From an uncultured bacterium (GTDB lineage: Bacteria; Planctomycetota; UBA1135; GCA-002686595): 64,000 nucleotides of DNA. Made by a program: the position numbers and the translations under genes. Under the pieces are notes generated by a model that saw only the letters and a list, made by a program, of their open reading frames with translations, was not told where the DNA came from and searched no databases. The first letter of the stretch is position 1; each line of letters starts with the position of its first letter. The stretch is from the NCBI GenBank assembly GCA_943787795.1, contig CALSNU010000003.1:160001-224000 (forward strand). The letters are read 5' to 3'. Below, one piece after another: positions 36,468 to 46,211 of this stretch.

Positions 36468-37040
36468 ATGACCCAGAACGACGCCGACAAGAGCCTCTTC
36501 TCGCTCGCCCAGATCCAGCACCTGATGCGCGTTGAGTTCAATCGCGCTCAGCGGTATGGCTACGCGATCTCATGCCTGATGATCGCCGTGGATCGGCTGG
36601 GCCACCTCAGGGACATGTACGGCTACGACTCGAAGGAGGAGATTGTCGAGACGATGATCCGGCTCCTGAAGACGGAGACCCGCAGCTCTGACTTCCTCGG
36701 GCGCATGGCGGACGATCGCCTCCTCGCGGTCGTCCCGCACACGGACGCCGAGGGGATCGACACCATGTGCGAGAGGCTGCTCGAGGCCGCGCGCCAGCTC
36801 GAGTTCATCAGCGAGGGGCGGCAGATCCGCGTCACGCTCTCGGTGGGCGGCGCCCACGACTCTGGCGGAGCTGCCGAGCGCACGCTGTTCTTCGACGCGC
36901 TCCTCGAGGGCGCCGATGAGGGGCTCGAGGAGGCCGTGGCGGCGGGCGGAAACCGCGCTGGGTTTGTCCGACCGGATCGTGTCGGAGCGGGAGAGGTACA
37001 CCCCTTGGCGGCGATCGCCACGGAAGGCGCCTCAGAATGA
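36468..37040 (+). CDS. Degenerate stand-alone GGDEF domain protein
   Basis: EFNRAQRY, RSSD..GR followed by MADDR in place of GGDEF, VTLSVG, GGNR. Confidence 0.85.
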   Translation: MTQNDADKSLFSLAQIQHLMRVEFNRAQRYGYAISCLMIAVDRLGHLRDMYGYDSKEEIVETMIRLLKTETRSSDFLGRMADDRLLAVVPHTDAEGIDTMCERLLEAARQLEFISEGRQIRVTLSVGGAHDSGGAAERTLFFDALLEGADEGLEEAVAAGGNRAGFVRPDRVGAGEVHPLAAIATEGASE

Positions 37041-38413
37041 GGGTCCTCCTCGCCGAGGACGAGGTCACGATCTTCGTGACCCTGCGCGATGCGCTTGAGG
37101 ACGCGGGGCACGAGGTCATCGGCGCCACGGATACCGCCAGCGCGCTGAAGGCGCTCGAGCTCGAACCCGCGGCGGACGCCGTGGTGACGGACGTGCGCAT
37201 GCCGGGCGCCGGAGGGCTCGCCATCCTGGATCGGGCCATGGAGCTGGACCCGGAGCGCCCTGTCCTCCTGATGACGGGCTACGCCACGGTGGACGACGCG
37301 GTCGACGCCATGCGACGGGGCGCGGTCGACTACATCCAGAAGCCGTTCCGCAACGAGGCCGTCCTGCGGCGGCTGGATACCCTCTCGCGGGTCTCGGATC
37401 TCGAGGAGGAGAACCGAGCCCTGCGCGAGAAGCTCGCGGCGGCCGGGCCGACGGGGATCGACGGGATCATCGGCTCGTCGGAGGCGATGCAGGCGGTCTT
37501 CGAGCGAGTGCGGACCGTGGCGAGCACCGAGGCCACCGTGGAGATCGAGGGGGAGAGCGGGACGGGCAAGGAGCGGGTCGCCCGAGCGATCCACGACCTC
37601 AGCCCCCGCAGGGAAGGGCCCTTCATCGCCCTGGGCTGTGGCGCCCTGCCGCTGGATCTCCTCGAAGCCGAGCTCTTCGGTCACGAGAAGGGGGCGTTCA
37701 CAGACGCCAAGCAAGCGCGCCGAGGGCGCGTCGAGCTCGCAGACGGCGGGACGCTGTTCCTTGACGACATCGACGACATGCCCCTCCCGCTCCAGGTGAA
37801 GCTGCTGCGCGTGCTTCAGGAGCGCCAGTTCGAGCGGGTCGGAGGGGAGGAGACCCTCTCCTCGGACTTCCGCGTGGTGGTGGCGACGAAGGTGCCGCTT
37901 CGGAACCTCGTGCGCGAGGGCGGCTTCCGCGAGGACCTCTTCTATCGGGTCCACGTGGTGCCCGTGGCGCTGCCGCCCCTGCGCGAGCGCCGCGGCGATG
38001 TCCCCTTGCTGTTGCAGGCGATGATCGAGCGCCACGGCGCCGGTCGTTCCTACGAGGTCACACGGTCGACGCTCAAGATGCTCGAGCGCTATGCCTGGCC
38101 GGGCAACGTGCGTGAGCTTGAGAACTCGGTCCAGCGGGCGATCGCCCTCTCGGGAAGCGGCGCCCGGCTGGAGGCAGAGGACCTGCTCCCGCAGGACGGA
38201 CGCTGGCGCTCAACGGCCGAGGTCCAGGTGGAGGTCCGTCCGCTCCGCGTGGTGACGCGCGAGTGCGAGATCGAGCACATCAAGGTGGCGCTCGAGGCCA
38301 CGGGCGGGCACCGGTCCCAGACCGCCGAGCTGCTGGGCATCTCTCGCAAGGTCCTGTGGGAGAAGCTGCGCGACTTCGGGATCGACCCCGAGGAGTCCGG
38401 TGACGCGAGCTGA
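37037..38413 (+). CDS. Sigma54-dependent response regulator (REC-AAA+-Fis HTH, NtrC/AtoC family)
   Basis: AEDE, TDVRMP, GESGTGKE, ELFGHEKGAFTDA, FREDLFYR, WPGNVREL and C-terminal HTH. Confidence 0.93.
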   Translation: MRVLLAEDEVTIFVTLRDALEDAGHEVIGATDTASALKALELEPAADAVVTDVRMPGAGGLAILDRAMELDPERPVLLMTGYATVDDAVDAMRRGAVDYIQKPFRNEAVLRRLDTLSRVSDLEEENRALREKLAAAGPTGIDGIIGSSEAMQAVFERVRTVASTEATVEIEGESGTGKERVARAIHDLSPRREGPFIALGCGALPLDLLEAELFGHEKGAFTDAKQARRGRVELADGGTLFLDDIDDMPLPLQVKLLRVLQERQFERVGGEETLSSDFRVVVATKVPLRNLVREGGFREDLFYRVHVVPVALPPLRERRGDVPLLLQAMIERHGAGRSYEVTRSTLKMLERYAWPGNVRELENSVQRAIALSGSGARLEAEDLLPQDGRWRSTAEVQVEVRPLRVVTRECEIEHIKVALEATGGHRSQTAELLGISRKVLWEKLRDFGIDPEESGDAS

Positions 38414-38426
38414 GGGACATGGGGCC

Positions 38427-39221
38427 ATGTCGGAGCGGCTGCCCGCCGGCGCCTGCCCGACCACCCGCGTGGGCCTCCCCGAGGGCACCCTGGTCATCAC
38501 CGACCTGCACCTCGCCCCGCTGGGTGACGAGCGTACGCGCCGGTTCGTTCAGCTCTGTGATCAGCTGGAGGGCGTCCCCGCCCTCATCTGCCTGGGCGAC
38601 CTGTTCGATATGTGGGTCTGTCGGCGGCAGGCCAGCATGGAGGGCTCGACCCCCGTGCTGGATGCCTTCGAGCGGCTCGTCAGGAGGGGGACCGAGGTCC
38701 ACCTCGTCCCCGGCAATCGCGACGCCCTGATCGGGGCCTGGTTCGAGAAGCGCACCGGCGGCAGGCTCCATCGGGACGGCTTCGTCGGGGAGTTGGAGGG
38801 CGGCGCGCGCGCCGTCTTCGTCCACGGGGACGCGCTCTGCACCCGCGACATGAGCTACCTCCGCCTCCGCTCCCTCTGGAGGTTCTGGCCCGTGCGCCTG
38901 ATCTCGTGGATGGCCCCCATGTGGTTCGCCCGCCGGGTCGGATCCCGCCTGCGCGGGCTCTCGGAGTCCACCAAGCCGATCAAGCTCGCCGACGAGAAGG
39001 CGATCCAGCCGGACGCTGTGCGCCGCGTGGCCCGGGAGGTGGGGGCGAGCGCCCTCGCCTGCGGGCACGCCCACGATGTGCGCGACGAGTCCCTGGGTGA
39101 GGGGGGCGACCCCCTGAGATGGATCGTCGTGGGGGCCTGGGAGTGGGAGCTGGACCTGCTCCGGATCGGAAAGGCGGGGAGCCTGGAGCTGGACTCGTGG
39201 GCTACCATCGGCGCCCGATGA
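38427..39221 (+). CDS. lpxH: UDP-2,3-diacylglucosamine hydrolase (LpxH family)
   Basis: TDLHL, LGDLFDMW, GNRD, HGD.LCTRD..Y, GHAH, GAW. Confidence 0.85.
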   Translation: MSERLPAGACPTTRVGLPEGTLVITDLHLAPLGDERTRRFVQLCDQLEGVPALICLGDLFDMWVCRRQASMEGSTPVLDAFERLVRRGTEVHLVPGNRDALIGAWFEKRTGGRLHRDGFVGELEGGARAVFVHGDALCTRDMSYLRLRSLWRFWPVRLISWMAPMWFARRVGSRLRGLSESTKPIKLADEKAIQPDAVRRVAREVGASALACGHAHDVRDESLGEGGDPLRWIVVGAWEWELDLLRIGKAGSLELDSWATIGAR

Positions 39222-39267
39222 CGCTCGACCCACGACCCGACCTCCGCCTCTCCATGGGGACCCGCTG

Positions 39268-39930
39268 ATGATCATCGCCATCGATGGCCCCGCGGCCTCC
39301 GGCAAGAGCACGCTCGCCCGCGCCCTCGCAGCGCGGCTGGGGCTCACCTTCCTGGACACCGGCGCCATGTATCGCGCCGTGACCTTGGCTGCCCTCGACC
39401 GGGGCCTCGCGCCCTCGGATGGGGCGGCATGTACCGCCCTGGCCCGAGCGCTGCCCCTCGGGTTCGACCCCCAGGGACAGGTGCTGATCGAGGGGGAGGT
39501 CGGGGAGCCGGCCATCCGCGGCGCCGAGGTGACCGCCCACGTGTCCGAGGTTGCGGCCCACAGCGGCGTCCGGCGGGCGCTGGTCGGGACCCAGCGGGCG
39601 GTGGCCGCGGCGGCGGTGGCCGCAGGCGGGGGCGTGGTGGCTGAGGGCCGGGATACGACCTCGGTGGTCTTTCCAGCCGCCGAGCTGAAGGTCTTCCTGC
39701 TGGCCAGCCCCGCCGTACGGGCCATGCGGCGAGCCGAGGAGGAGGGGCGCCCCGAGCTGGCGGAGGCCTACGAGGCGGATCTCGCTCGCCGGGACGCCCA
39801 CGACAGCCAGAGGGCGGACTCGCCGCTGCTTGAGGTGGAGGACGCCGTCCGCGTGGACACGGATGCGCTCTCGGCGGAGGCCGTGCTGGACCATGTGGCC
39901 GGGCTGGCCGGGGCCAAGCGGTCTGGCTGA
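39268..39930 (+). CDS. cmk: Cytidylate kinase
   Basis: IAIDGPAASGKST, LDTGAMYR, VAEGRD, RRD..DSQR..SPL. Confidence 0.95.
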   Translation: MIIAIDGPAASGKSTLARALAARLGLTFLDTGAMYRAVTLAALDRGLAPSDGAACTALARALPLGFDPQGQVLIEGEVGEPAIRGAEVTAHVSEVAAHSGVRRALVGTQRAVAAAAVAAGGGVVAEGRDTTSVVFPAAELKVFLLASPAVRAMRRAEEEGRPELAEAYEADLARRDAHDSQRADSPLLEVEDAVRVDTDALSAEAVLDHVAGLAGAKRSG

Positions 39931-40266
39931 GTCGGTCTCGTCCAGGCGCGCCCCTGGGGGCGGGCCTCTTGGGCGGGCTCTTGGGCCTGCTCTGGAGCCT
40001 TCTCCGGGCCCTCACTCGGGCGCTCAGAGCGGCAGCGGGCACGCCTGACGGCGGGAAACCCCCGTTTCAGGGGTCGATTCGGGCGGTCCGAGCGCGTACA
40101 ACTTCCGGCTCGAACCGTGCGTAAAGCCCGCTTCGACAGCGCGGCAGGAGCGTTCCCCGCCGGCTGATTCCCAAGGACCAGGCCTCGGCGCCATCATCCC
40201 TCCCCGCGGGTCCCACCGACCACGCAGGGCCGCGCCCGAGACCGTAAGACACAACACGTTTCATCC

Positions 40267-42242
40267 ATGGCCGTCGCCTCGCGTCGCGTCCGCAAGTACG
40301 AGCTCGATCCCCTCGAGCTGGAGAAGAGAGTCGCCGAATCCTTCGGTACGGAGACCCTCGAAGATCTCGCGGAAAGCCTCAACGAGTCCATCGTTGACAT
40401 TCTCCCTGGCCAGATTGTCGAGGCCAAGGTCGACACCGTCGACGAGCGCACCGGGCTCGTCATCATGGATGTGGGCGGGAAGGCCGAGGGCCAGATCTCG
40501 CTGAACGAGTTCGGCGACGAGCTCCCCACCAGCGGTCAGGTCTTCGAGGTCTACTTCGAGGGCCTCGATGAGAACGACATGTCGGTGCTCTCGAAGCGCC
40601 GCGCCGATCGTCTCCGCGCCTGGGAGCACGTCTCCCAGAAGTACGACGAGGGCGACGAGGTCCAGGGCATCGTCCAGCGCAAGATCAAGGGTGGTCTGCT
40701 CGTGGACGTCGAAGGCGTCAACGTCTTCCTCCCGGCCAGCCAGGTCGCGCTGCGCCGCACGCACGACATCTCCGACTTCATCGACGAGCCGGTGCGCGCG
40801 CGCATCATCAAGATCGATGCGGAGCGCATGAACATCGTCGTCTCCCGGCGGAAGCTGCTCGAAGAAGAGCGTCAGAAGCAGAAGGAGACGCTCCTCAAGG
40901 ACATCACCGAGGGCCAGATCCGCATGGGTACGGTCAAGAACATCGCCGACTTCGGCGTGTTCGTCGACCTCGGTGGCATCGACGGCCTGCTCCACATCAC
41001 GGACATGTCCTGGGGCCGGATCAACCACCCCTCGGAGATGGTCCAGCTCGAGCAGGAGCTCGAGGTGCAGGTCCTGCGCGTCGACTTCGACCGCGAGCGC
41101 ATCGCGCTGGGTCTCAAGCAGAAGACGGCCTCCCCGTGGGACGGCGTCGAAGCGCGCTACCCGATCAGCAGCAAGCACAAGGGCGAGGTCGTGAACATCA
41201 TGTCCTACGGCGCCTTCGTGAAGCTCGAGGAGGGCATCGAGGGCCTGGTGCACATCTCCGAGATGTCCTGGACCCGCCGCGTCAACCACCCGAGCGAGCT
41301 GGTCAAGACCGGCGACCCGGTCGAGGTGGTCGTGCTGGAGTTCAACCACGCCAAGCAGGAGATCTCCCTCGGCATGAAGCAGGCGGAGATGAACCCCTGG
41401 GACATGGTCGAGCAGCACTACCCGATCGGTACCGTCATCGAAGGCACCGTCCGGAACCTCACCAGCTACGGCGCCTTCGTCGAGATCGAGGAGGGCATCG
41501 ATGGCCTCCTGCACGTCTCTGACATGTCGTGGACGAAGAAGGTCAGCCACCCCTCCGAGATGGTCAAGAAGGGCGACCAGATGCAGTGCGTCGTCCTCTC
41601 GGTCGACATGGAGAAGAAGCGCATCGCGCTGGGTCGCAAGCAGCTGTCTCCGGACCCCTGGCTCGAGCAGATCCCCGGCAACTACCACGTGGGCGACCTG
41701 CTCTCCGGCTTTGTCACGAAGATCACCAACTTCGGTGTGTTCGTGAAGCTGGACGACGACCTCGAAGGCCTGCTCCACATCTCGGAGCTGACCGACGACC
41801 GCGAGGCCAAGCCGGAGGACATTCTCCAGCCCGGCCAGAAGGTCGAGGTCCGCATCATTCGCGTCGACATTGACGAGCGGAAGATCGGCCTCTCCTTCGT
41901 GCACGCGGACTTCGACGCGGGCGAGAACCTTCCCGCCGAGGAGGTCGCCGCCTTGACGGACGCCCTTCCCAAGGAGGAGGCTCCTGCAGCTGAGGCCGCC
42001 CCGGCGGCCGAGGAAGCCCCGCGCGAGCCGAGGAAGCCCCCGCAGCAGAGGAAGCCCCCGCAGCAGAGGAAGCCCCCGCCGCAGCGGAGGCTCCCGCAGC
42101 TGAGGCCGCCCCCGCAGCAGAGGAAGCTCCGGCTGCTGAGGCCCCGGCTGCTGAGGCCCCGGCTGCTGAGGCCCCGGCAGAGGAGGCCCCGGCAGAGGAC
42201 GCCGGCGGCGAAGAGGCCCCCAAGGAAGGCGGCGACGCCTGA
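40267..42242 (+). CDS. rpsA: 30S ribosomal protein S1, six S1 domains; the Ala/Glu/Pro tail is apparently frameshifted near 42022
   Basis: FLPASQ, FGVFVDLGGIDGLLHITDMSW and related repeats. The EEAPAA tail continues in another frame to TGA at 42240-42242; the as-assembled ORF ends at 42294. Confidence 0.93.
41975..42200. repeat. Degenerate 15-18-bp coding repeats (GAGGAAGCCCCCGCAGCA) encoding EEAPAA/EAPAA
   Basis: Read directly. Confidence 0.85.
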
Positions 42243-42368
42243 TTCCTTGGTGACCTGGGGCACCCGTGCGGTTTGTACGGGCAGCCTCCGCTGATGGGCG
42301 GGGACGGCATGGCGCCGTCCCCGCCCTGCGTTAGCCTGACCCGCTGCCGCGCCCATGGCGCTCCCCTC

Positions 42369-43484
42369 ATGCTCTCCCGCTTCTCCGCGCTCCTCGTCGC
42401 CTCCGCCGCTGCCGCCGCGGTCCTGGCTCCGTCCTGCGCGTCGCTCGCGGGCCCCGAGCGCGCGCCTGGTGGACCCCGCGCCGCGCTGCGAGCGATTCAC
42501 GTGAGCTACGCCGCCGCCTTCGAGGCCCTGAAGGAGGCGCTGGCGGAGGACGACCTGCTGTTGGCTCGCTCCACCGCGCGGCAGCTGCAGGGGCGCCTCA
42601 ACCGTGAGCTCGGGTCCGCGATCTCCCTCGCCCAGGCTCGTACCCGCACGGACGACGTGGCCGCGTTAACCCTCTCGGGGCAGCTGCCGAGCCGCGAGAG
42701 CGTGGAGGCGGCGCAGGTGGCCGTGGAGCGCTTCGAGAACATCATCGACGGCCGCGAGCGCCTGCTGGCCGTGAACCTCACGGTTGAGCTACGCCGTGTT
42801 CCCGGTGAGGAGAGGGTGGAGGCCTGGCTGACCGGAGAGTCCAGCTGGGTCGAGGCGCTCACCGTTCGGCCCTTCGCCGCGTCGATCCTCATCGGCCGTC
42901 TTCACATTGACCAGGAGGGGTTCGAGGTCAACTGGACCGAGAGCGTGGTGCTGGAGGACGCCCTGGAGCTCACTGTCCCGGCGCGCGCGGCGGCCTCGGC
43001 GCGTCTTCTGGCGCTCCCGATCCAGGTCCCGGTCGGCGCCATGGCGACACGGATGTCAGTGACGCTGGTCTGCACGGGCGGCGAGCTGGAGGAGGGGGGC
43101 ACGCGGTTTCCGGCCCGCGAGATCGCCGTGGCGAAGGGGGAGCGAACCGACATCGCCGGGTGGATCCCCGCCGGCCTGGTGGAGCCCCGACGCCTGATCG
43201 AGCTCGTGGGGCAGGGCCGCGGTGCCACCGATGTGCTGCTCGAGTGCGCGATCAGGATCGCGCCCTCCCGTCGGGCAGAGGCCCTGGACGGGCTCGGTCG
43301 CGCGGTCCAGACGCTCCCCGGTGAGGCCGTACGCCCCGCCGTGCCGGCGATCCGTTGGCTCATGGGCGTCAGCGGGATCGACGGGTTCGGGCGGGATGAG
43401 CGTGACTGGAAGGAGCTCCTGTCGGAGCGATACGAGCGCCGGGTTCAGGCGGGTGAGATCGAAGGCGTTCCAGCCATTCGGTGA
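42369..43484 (+). CDS. Hypothetical lipoprotein
   Basis: LAPSC lipobox; GC3-biased codon usage. Confidence 0.6.
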   Translation: MLSRFSALLVASAAAAAVLAPSCASLAGPERAPGGPRAALRAIHVSYAAAFEALKEALAEDDLLLARSTARQLQGRLNRELGSAISLAQARTRTDDVAALTLSGQLPSRESVEAAQVAVERFENIIDGRERLLAVNLTVELRRVPGEERVEAWLTGESSWVEALTVRPFAASILIGRLHIDQEGFEVNWTESVVLEDALELTVPARAAASARLLALPIQVPVGAMATRMSVTLVCTGGELEEGGTRFPAREIAVAKGERTDIAGWIPAGLVEPRRLIELVGQGRGATDVLLECAIRIAPSRRAEALDGLGRAVQTLPGEAVRPAVPAIRWLMGVSGIDGFGRDERDWKELLSERYERRVQAGEIEGVPAIR

Positions 43485-43518
43485 ATCGCCCCCTCCGCTC
43501 CCGTACGATCCTCCTCCC

Positions 43519-44730
43519 ATGGACACCCAAGGCCCTGAAGTGGACCGTCAGCTCGCCGTCTTTCGACGCGGCGCCTGTGACCTGATCGAAGAGCAGCAGC
43601 TGCGCGGCATGATCGCGAAGTCGCTGACCGAGGCGCGCCCGCTCCGTATCAAGTTCGGGATGGACCCGAGCTCGCCGGACCTGCACCTGGGCCATGCGGT
43701 CCAGCTTCGCAAGCTGCGTGATCTCCAGGACCTCGGCCACCAGATCGTGCTCATCGTGGGGGATGCCACCGCGATGGTCGGCGACCCCAGCGGGCGCAAC
43801 AAGCTCCGCCCGGTCCTCAGCCGCGAGGAGGTCGACGCCAACCAGAAGACCTACGTGGAGCAGGCCGCCCGGGTCCTCGACATGGAGCGCACCGAGGTCC
43901 GTCAGAACTCCGAGTGGTTCGACAAGATGGACTTCGAGGCGCTGCTCCGGCTCACCACTCGCATGACCGTCGCGCAGATGCTCGAGCGCGACACGTTCCA
44001 GACGCGCATGGAGGCGAGCGAGCCCATCGGTATCAACGAGTTTCTCTACCCGCTGATGCAGGGCTGGGACTCGGTTCAGGTGGAGGCGGACCTCGAGCTG
44101 GGAGGCACCGATCAGCTGTTCAACCTCCTGGTGGGGCGGCGCCTCCAGGAGCAGATGGAGCAGCGGCCTCAGATCGTCCTGACTCAGCCTCTGATCAACG
44201 GCCTCGACGGTCGGAAGATGAGCAAGTCCTACGGGAATTCGATCGGGCTCACCGCCTCCGCGAAGGACATGACCTTCCGGATCATGCAGGTGGATGACGA
44301 GGTGATGGGGGACTGGTTCCTGCACCTGACCCGGCTCGAGCCCGCCCGCATCGACGAGGCCTTGGCTGGCCACCCCCGGGAGGCGAAGGCCCTGCTGGCC
44401 GCAGAGGTCACCGCCTTCTATCACGACGAAGAGGCTGCGCGCGAAGCGGCGGGGCAGTTCGATCGAGAGGTCCGCGACAAGGTCCTCCCGGACGACCTTC
44501 CCGAGGTCCCTTGGGGCGAGGCATGGGGGGAGGCGCTCCCCTTGCCGAACCTGCTCAAGGAGCTGGGGCTCTGCCAGTCCACCTCGGAGGCGCGCCGCGC
44601 GATCCAGCAGGGAGGCGTGAGGCTGGACGGGGCGGTGAAGAGCGATGCCCGAGAGGAGGTCTCGAGGCCGTCTGAGGCCCAGCTGGTTCAGGTGGGCAAG
44701 AAGCGAGCCGCGAGGATGCTCCCGGCCTAG
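43519..44730 (+). CDS. tyrS: Tyrosine--tRNA ligase
   Basis: KFGMDPSSPDLHLGH, GDPSG, YPLMQGWDS, GGTDQLFN, KMSKS and C-terminal S4 domain. Confidence 0.97.
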   Translation: MDTQGPEVDRQLAVFRRGACDLIEEQQLRGMIAKSLTEARPLRIKFGMDPSSPDLHLGHAVQLRKLRDLQDLGHQIVLIVGDATAMVGDPSGRNKLRPVLSREEVDANQKTYVEQAARVLDMERTEVRQNSEWFDKMDFEALLRLTTRMTVAQMLERDTFQTRMEASEPIGINEFLYPLMQGWDSVQVEADLELGGTDQLFNLLVGRRLQEQMEQRPQIVLTQPLINGLDGRKMSKSYGNSIGLTASAKDMTFRIMQVDDEVMGDWFLHLTRLEPARIDEALAGHPREAKALLAAEVTAFYHDEEAAREAAGQFDREVRDKVLPDDLPEVPWGEAWGEALPLPNLLKELGLCQSTSEARRAIQQGGVRLDGAVKSDAREEVSRPSEAQLVQVGKKRAARMLPA

Positions 44731-44935
44731 GTCGCGGCGCGGATGCTAGCGGGCGGCCGGGCTGGGCGCCCATCGACGCGGCGGGCGCAGCGGTGGGTCG
44801 AGTCCTCGGACGCTCGCCCTGCGCAGACGGGACCCCTTGGGCCGGTGGCATGCGGTCGGGATTGCGGGTCACGGATCGGCGGAGGGACGCGATGCCCCGC
44901 GCGCTCTGCCCCGACGGCTCGCCCCTGACCGCGAG

Positions 44936-44972
44936 GCTCAGCCCCCGCCGCTCAGCCCCCGCCGCTCAGCCC
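44936..44972. repeat. About 2.7 x 14-bp repeat GCTCAGCCCCCGCC containing the stop codon of the minus-strand gene
   Basis: Units at 44936, 44950 and 44964; the TCA at 44966 is the true stop. Confidence 0.8.
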
Positions 44973-46204
44973 TCGAAGACCTGGCCGCTGAGCAGGACGC
45001 GGAACTCCGTGCTCGCTCCGTCGGGCCCCACGCCGCCCACGGGCTCGTCGAGGACGAAGATCACGTCCCCGGCGACGAAGCCAGGGGGCGCGCCGGGAGG
45101 CATGGTGATTCGAACGCTCCACGCGGCGGCGCGTCCATCGGCGTCCGGTTGCAGGGGGCGGGTCTCGATCTCGAGGGGGACTGGCCTGGCGCTCTCGACG
45201 CGGGTGTCCAGGACCTTGATCTTCGCGCCGGGGACCAGCGCATTGAGCTCGCTCTCGAAGACGGCTCCCTCTGAAGACGCCACCGCGCCGAGGGTGACGA
45301 GCGGCTTCGCGAGGACCACGTCGGGCACCACCTGTGCGATGACGGGGACCTCTAGCCGCCCGTCTTCGCCGCTGCCGTCGCGGTCGGTTGTGCGGAGCAC
45401 GATCTGGCCACGGGTGACCCCGAGCGGCGACAGCGGGGCCACCTCGACGTCGACGTACCAGACATACTCGCCGCCGAAGGACTCCGTCACCAGTTCGACG
45501 CCAAGGCCGTCGGGGGAGCTCTCCACCTCGAGGATGCGTGCGAGAGTCTCCTTGCGGTCGACGATGATCTTGACCCTCGCCTTGCCGCCGTGGGACGTCG
45601 GCACGTTGAGGAGCCGCGCCTCGGTGGGCGCCAGCATGAAGGGGCGAGTGGGGAGGAACCCGAGCTCCAGCGTGACGTAGGGGTCGAGGTCACTGTCCGT
45701 GGTCATCCGGAACAGGGCCAGCTTGCGCTGGTTCGGGGCCGTGAACGCAGTGATGACCTCGATGGAGACCTCGAGTTCGGCTCCGGCGGGGACCGAGGTG
45801 ATGACGCCACCGCGGAACGACCGGATGATGCGCGGGGCGGCGCCTGGCTCCTGGACGCTCATGCCAGCGAGCCGCGTACAGCCGCAGGCGGCCTGGGCGT
45901 TCAGGATCTTCAGCGGGCCTCTCCCGCTGTTACGGAAGCGCGCGACCCAGGTCAGCCGGTCGCCATAGATCAGCTCGCCGAAGTCATGGAACCGCGGCCG
46001 ATTGAGGTCCTGTGGGTCAATGGACTCCAGGAGGCCCTGTCCAGCGACGGCCTCGACCGCGAGGGCCCCCGGCGCGGCCTCCTTGCTGGGGATTCCCGTG
46101 CCTTGGGATTCCGTCGGAGGCTCACCAGCGGGGCCAGCCGGATCGCAGGAGGTAACAGCACCGACCAGGATCGCCGCGACGAGCGGGAGGAGGGGGAACC
46201 TCAT
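44966..46204 (-). CDS. DUF1573 (Ig-like) domain lipoprotein
   Basis: VTSC lipobox; HDFG...FRNSG..PLKI....ACGCT is the DUF1573 signature. Confidence 0.8.
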   Translation of the reverse strand: MRFPLLPLVAAILVGAVTSCDPAGPAGEPPTESQGTGIPSKEAAPGALAVEAVAGQGLLESIDPQDLNRPRFHDFGELIYGDRLTWVARFRNSGRGPLKILNAQAACGCTRLAGMSVQEPGAAPRIIRSFRGGVITSVPAGAELEVSIEVITAFTAPNQRKLALFRMTTDSDLDPYVTLELGFLPTRPFMLAPTEARLLNVPTSHGGKARVKIIVDRKETLARILEVESSPDGLGVELVTESFGGEYVWYVDVEVAPLSPLGVTRGQIVLRTTDRDGSGEDGRLEVPVIAQVVPDVVLAKPLVTLGAVASSEGAVFESELNALVPGAKIKVLDTRVESARPVPLEIETRPLQPDADGRAAAWSVRITMPPGAPPGFVAGDVIFVLDEPVGGVGPDGASTEFRVLLSGQVFEG

Positions 46205-46211
46205 CGAACCC

